Shown here piece after piece: positions 63,751-64,000 of a DNA stretch of 64,000 bases; the stretch's first letter is position 1, and the number at the start of each line of letters is the position of its first letter. The DNA comes from the human T2T-CHM13v2.0 reference genome, Homo sapiens: NCBI RefSeq assembly GCF_009914755.1, contig NC_060940.1. One strand, 5' to 3'. Position numbers and translations under genes: made by a program. The notes under the pieces were generated by a model, which worked only from the letters and a program-made list of their open reading frames with translations, did not search any database and had not been told where the DNA came from.

Positions 63751-64000
63751 TTCAAAACACTGGTCTAAGAGCCTAACTGCTGGCCAAATAAATTCTCAAG
63801 TCTGCCAGCTTTAGATCTTTGATTAAGAGGATGAAAATGAACTTCATAAATGTAAAATGATGATGGATTTAAAAATTTGGCTCACTAATATTAAACAGCG
63901 CTCTTGCAAAAGCTGCCTTGTTCTTCATGGATCAAGATGTACCAAGCATCAGAGAGGGATGCCTGTGCTGTGGTTCCCAAGCTCCAGCATGCTTGGGACT

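Overview
This is primate, most likely human, non-coding genomic DNA (intergenic or deep intronic). I find no credible protein-coding exon, CpG island, RNA gene or CRISPR-like array. The ORF track is explained by Alu, L1 or LTR translations or by chance. About 45 Alu copies or fragments (J, S and Y types, roughly a fifth of the window) sit on a background of MIR, L2, old L1, MaLR LTRs (THE1, MST, MLT1) and hAT/mariner MITEs. The largest structure is an ~11.5 kb non-coding ERV1 (MER4-group) provirus at 39450-50952. It has two diverged LTRs, a tRNA-Pro primer binding site and an env-tail remnant, and carries nested MER1A, a MER4 solo LTR (itself holding an L1), a half Made1 and seven Alus. The most unusual local structures are: a Made1-derived 51-bp tandem repeat fused to a fold-back hairpin (58741-58970); an AluJ with an inverted arm inside one target-site duplication (TSD) (5799-6703); an Alu-L1 fusion in a triplicated target site (14978-16311); and a twin-primed L1 in a four-layer nest (27223-28746). 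Several repeat-free, motif-rich islands are candidate enhancers. I cannot support a new multi-component biological system from this sequence. Repeat family names come from remembered consensus sequences and subfamily calls are tentative. Boundaries without a stated TSD are approximate.
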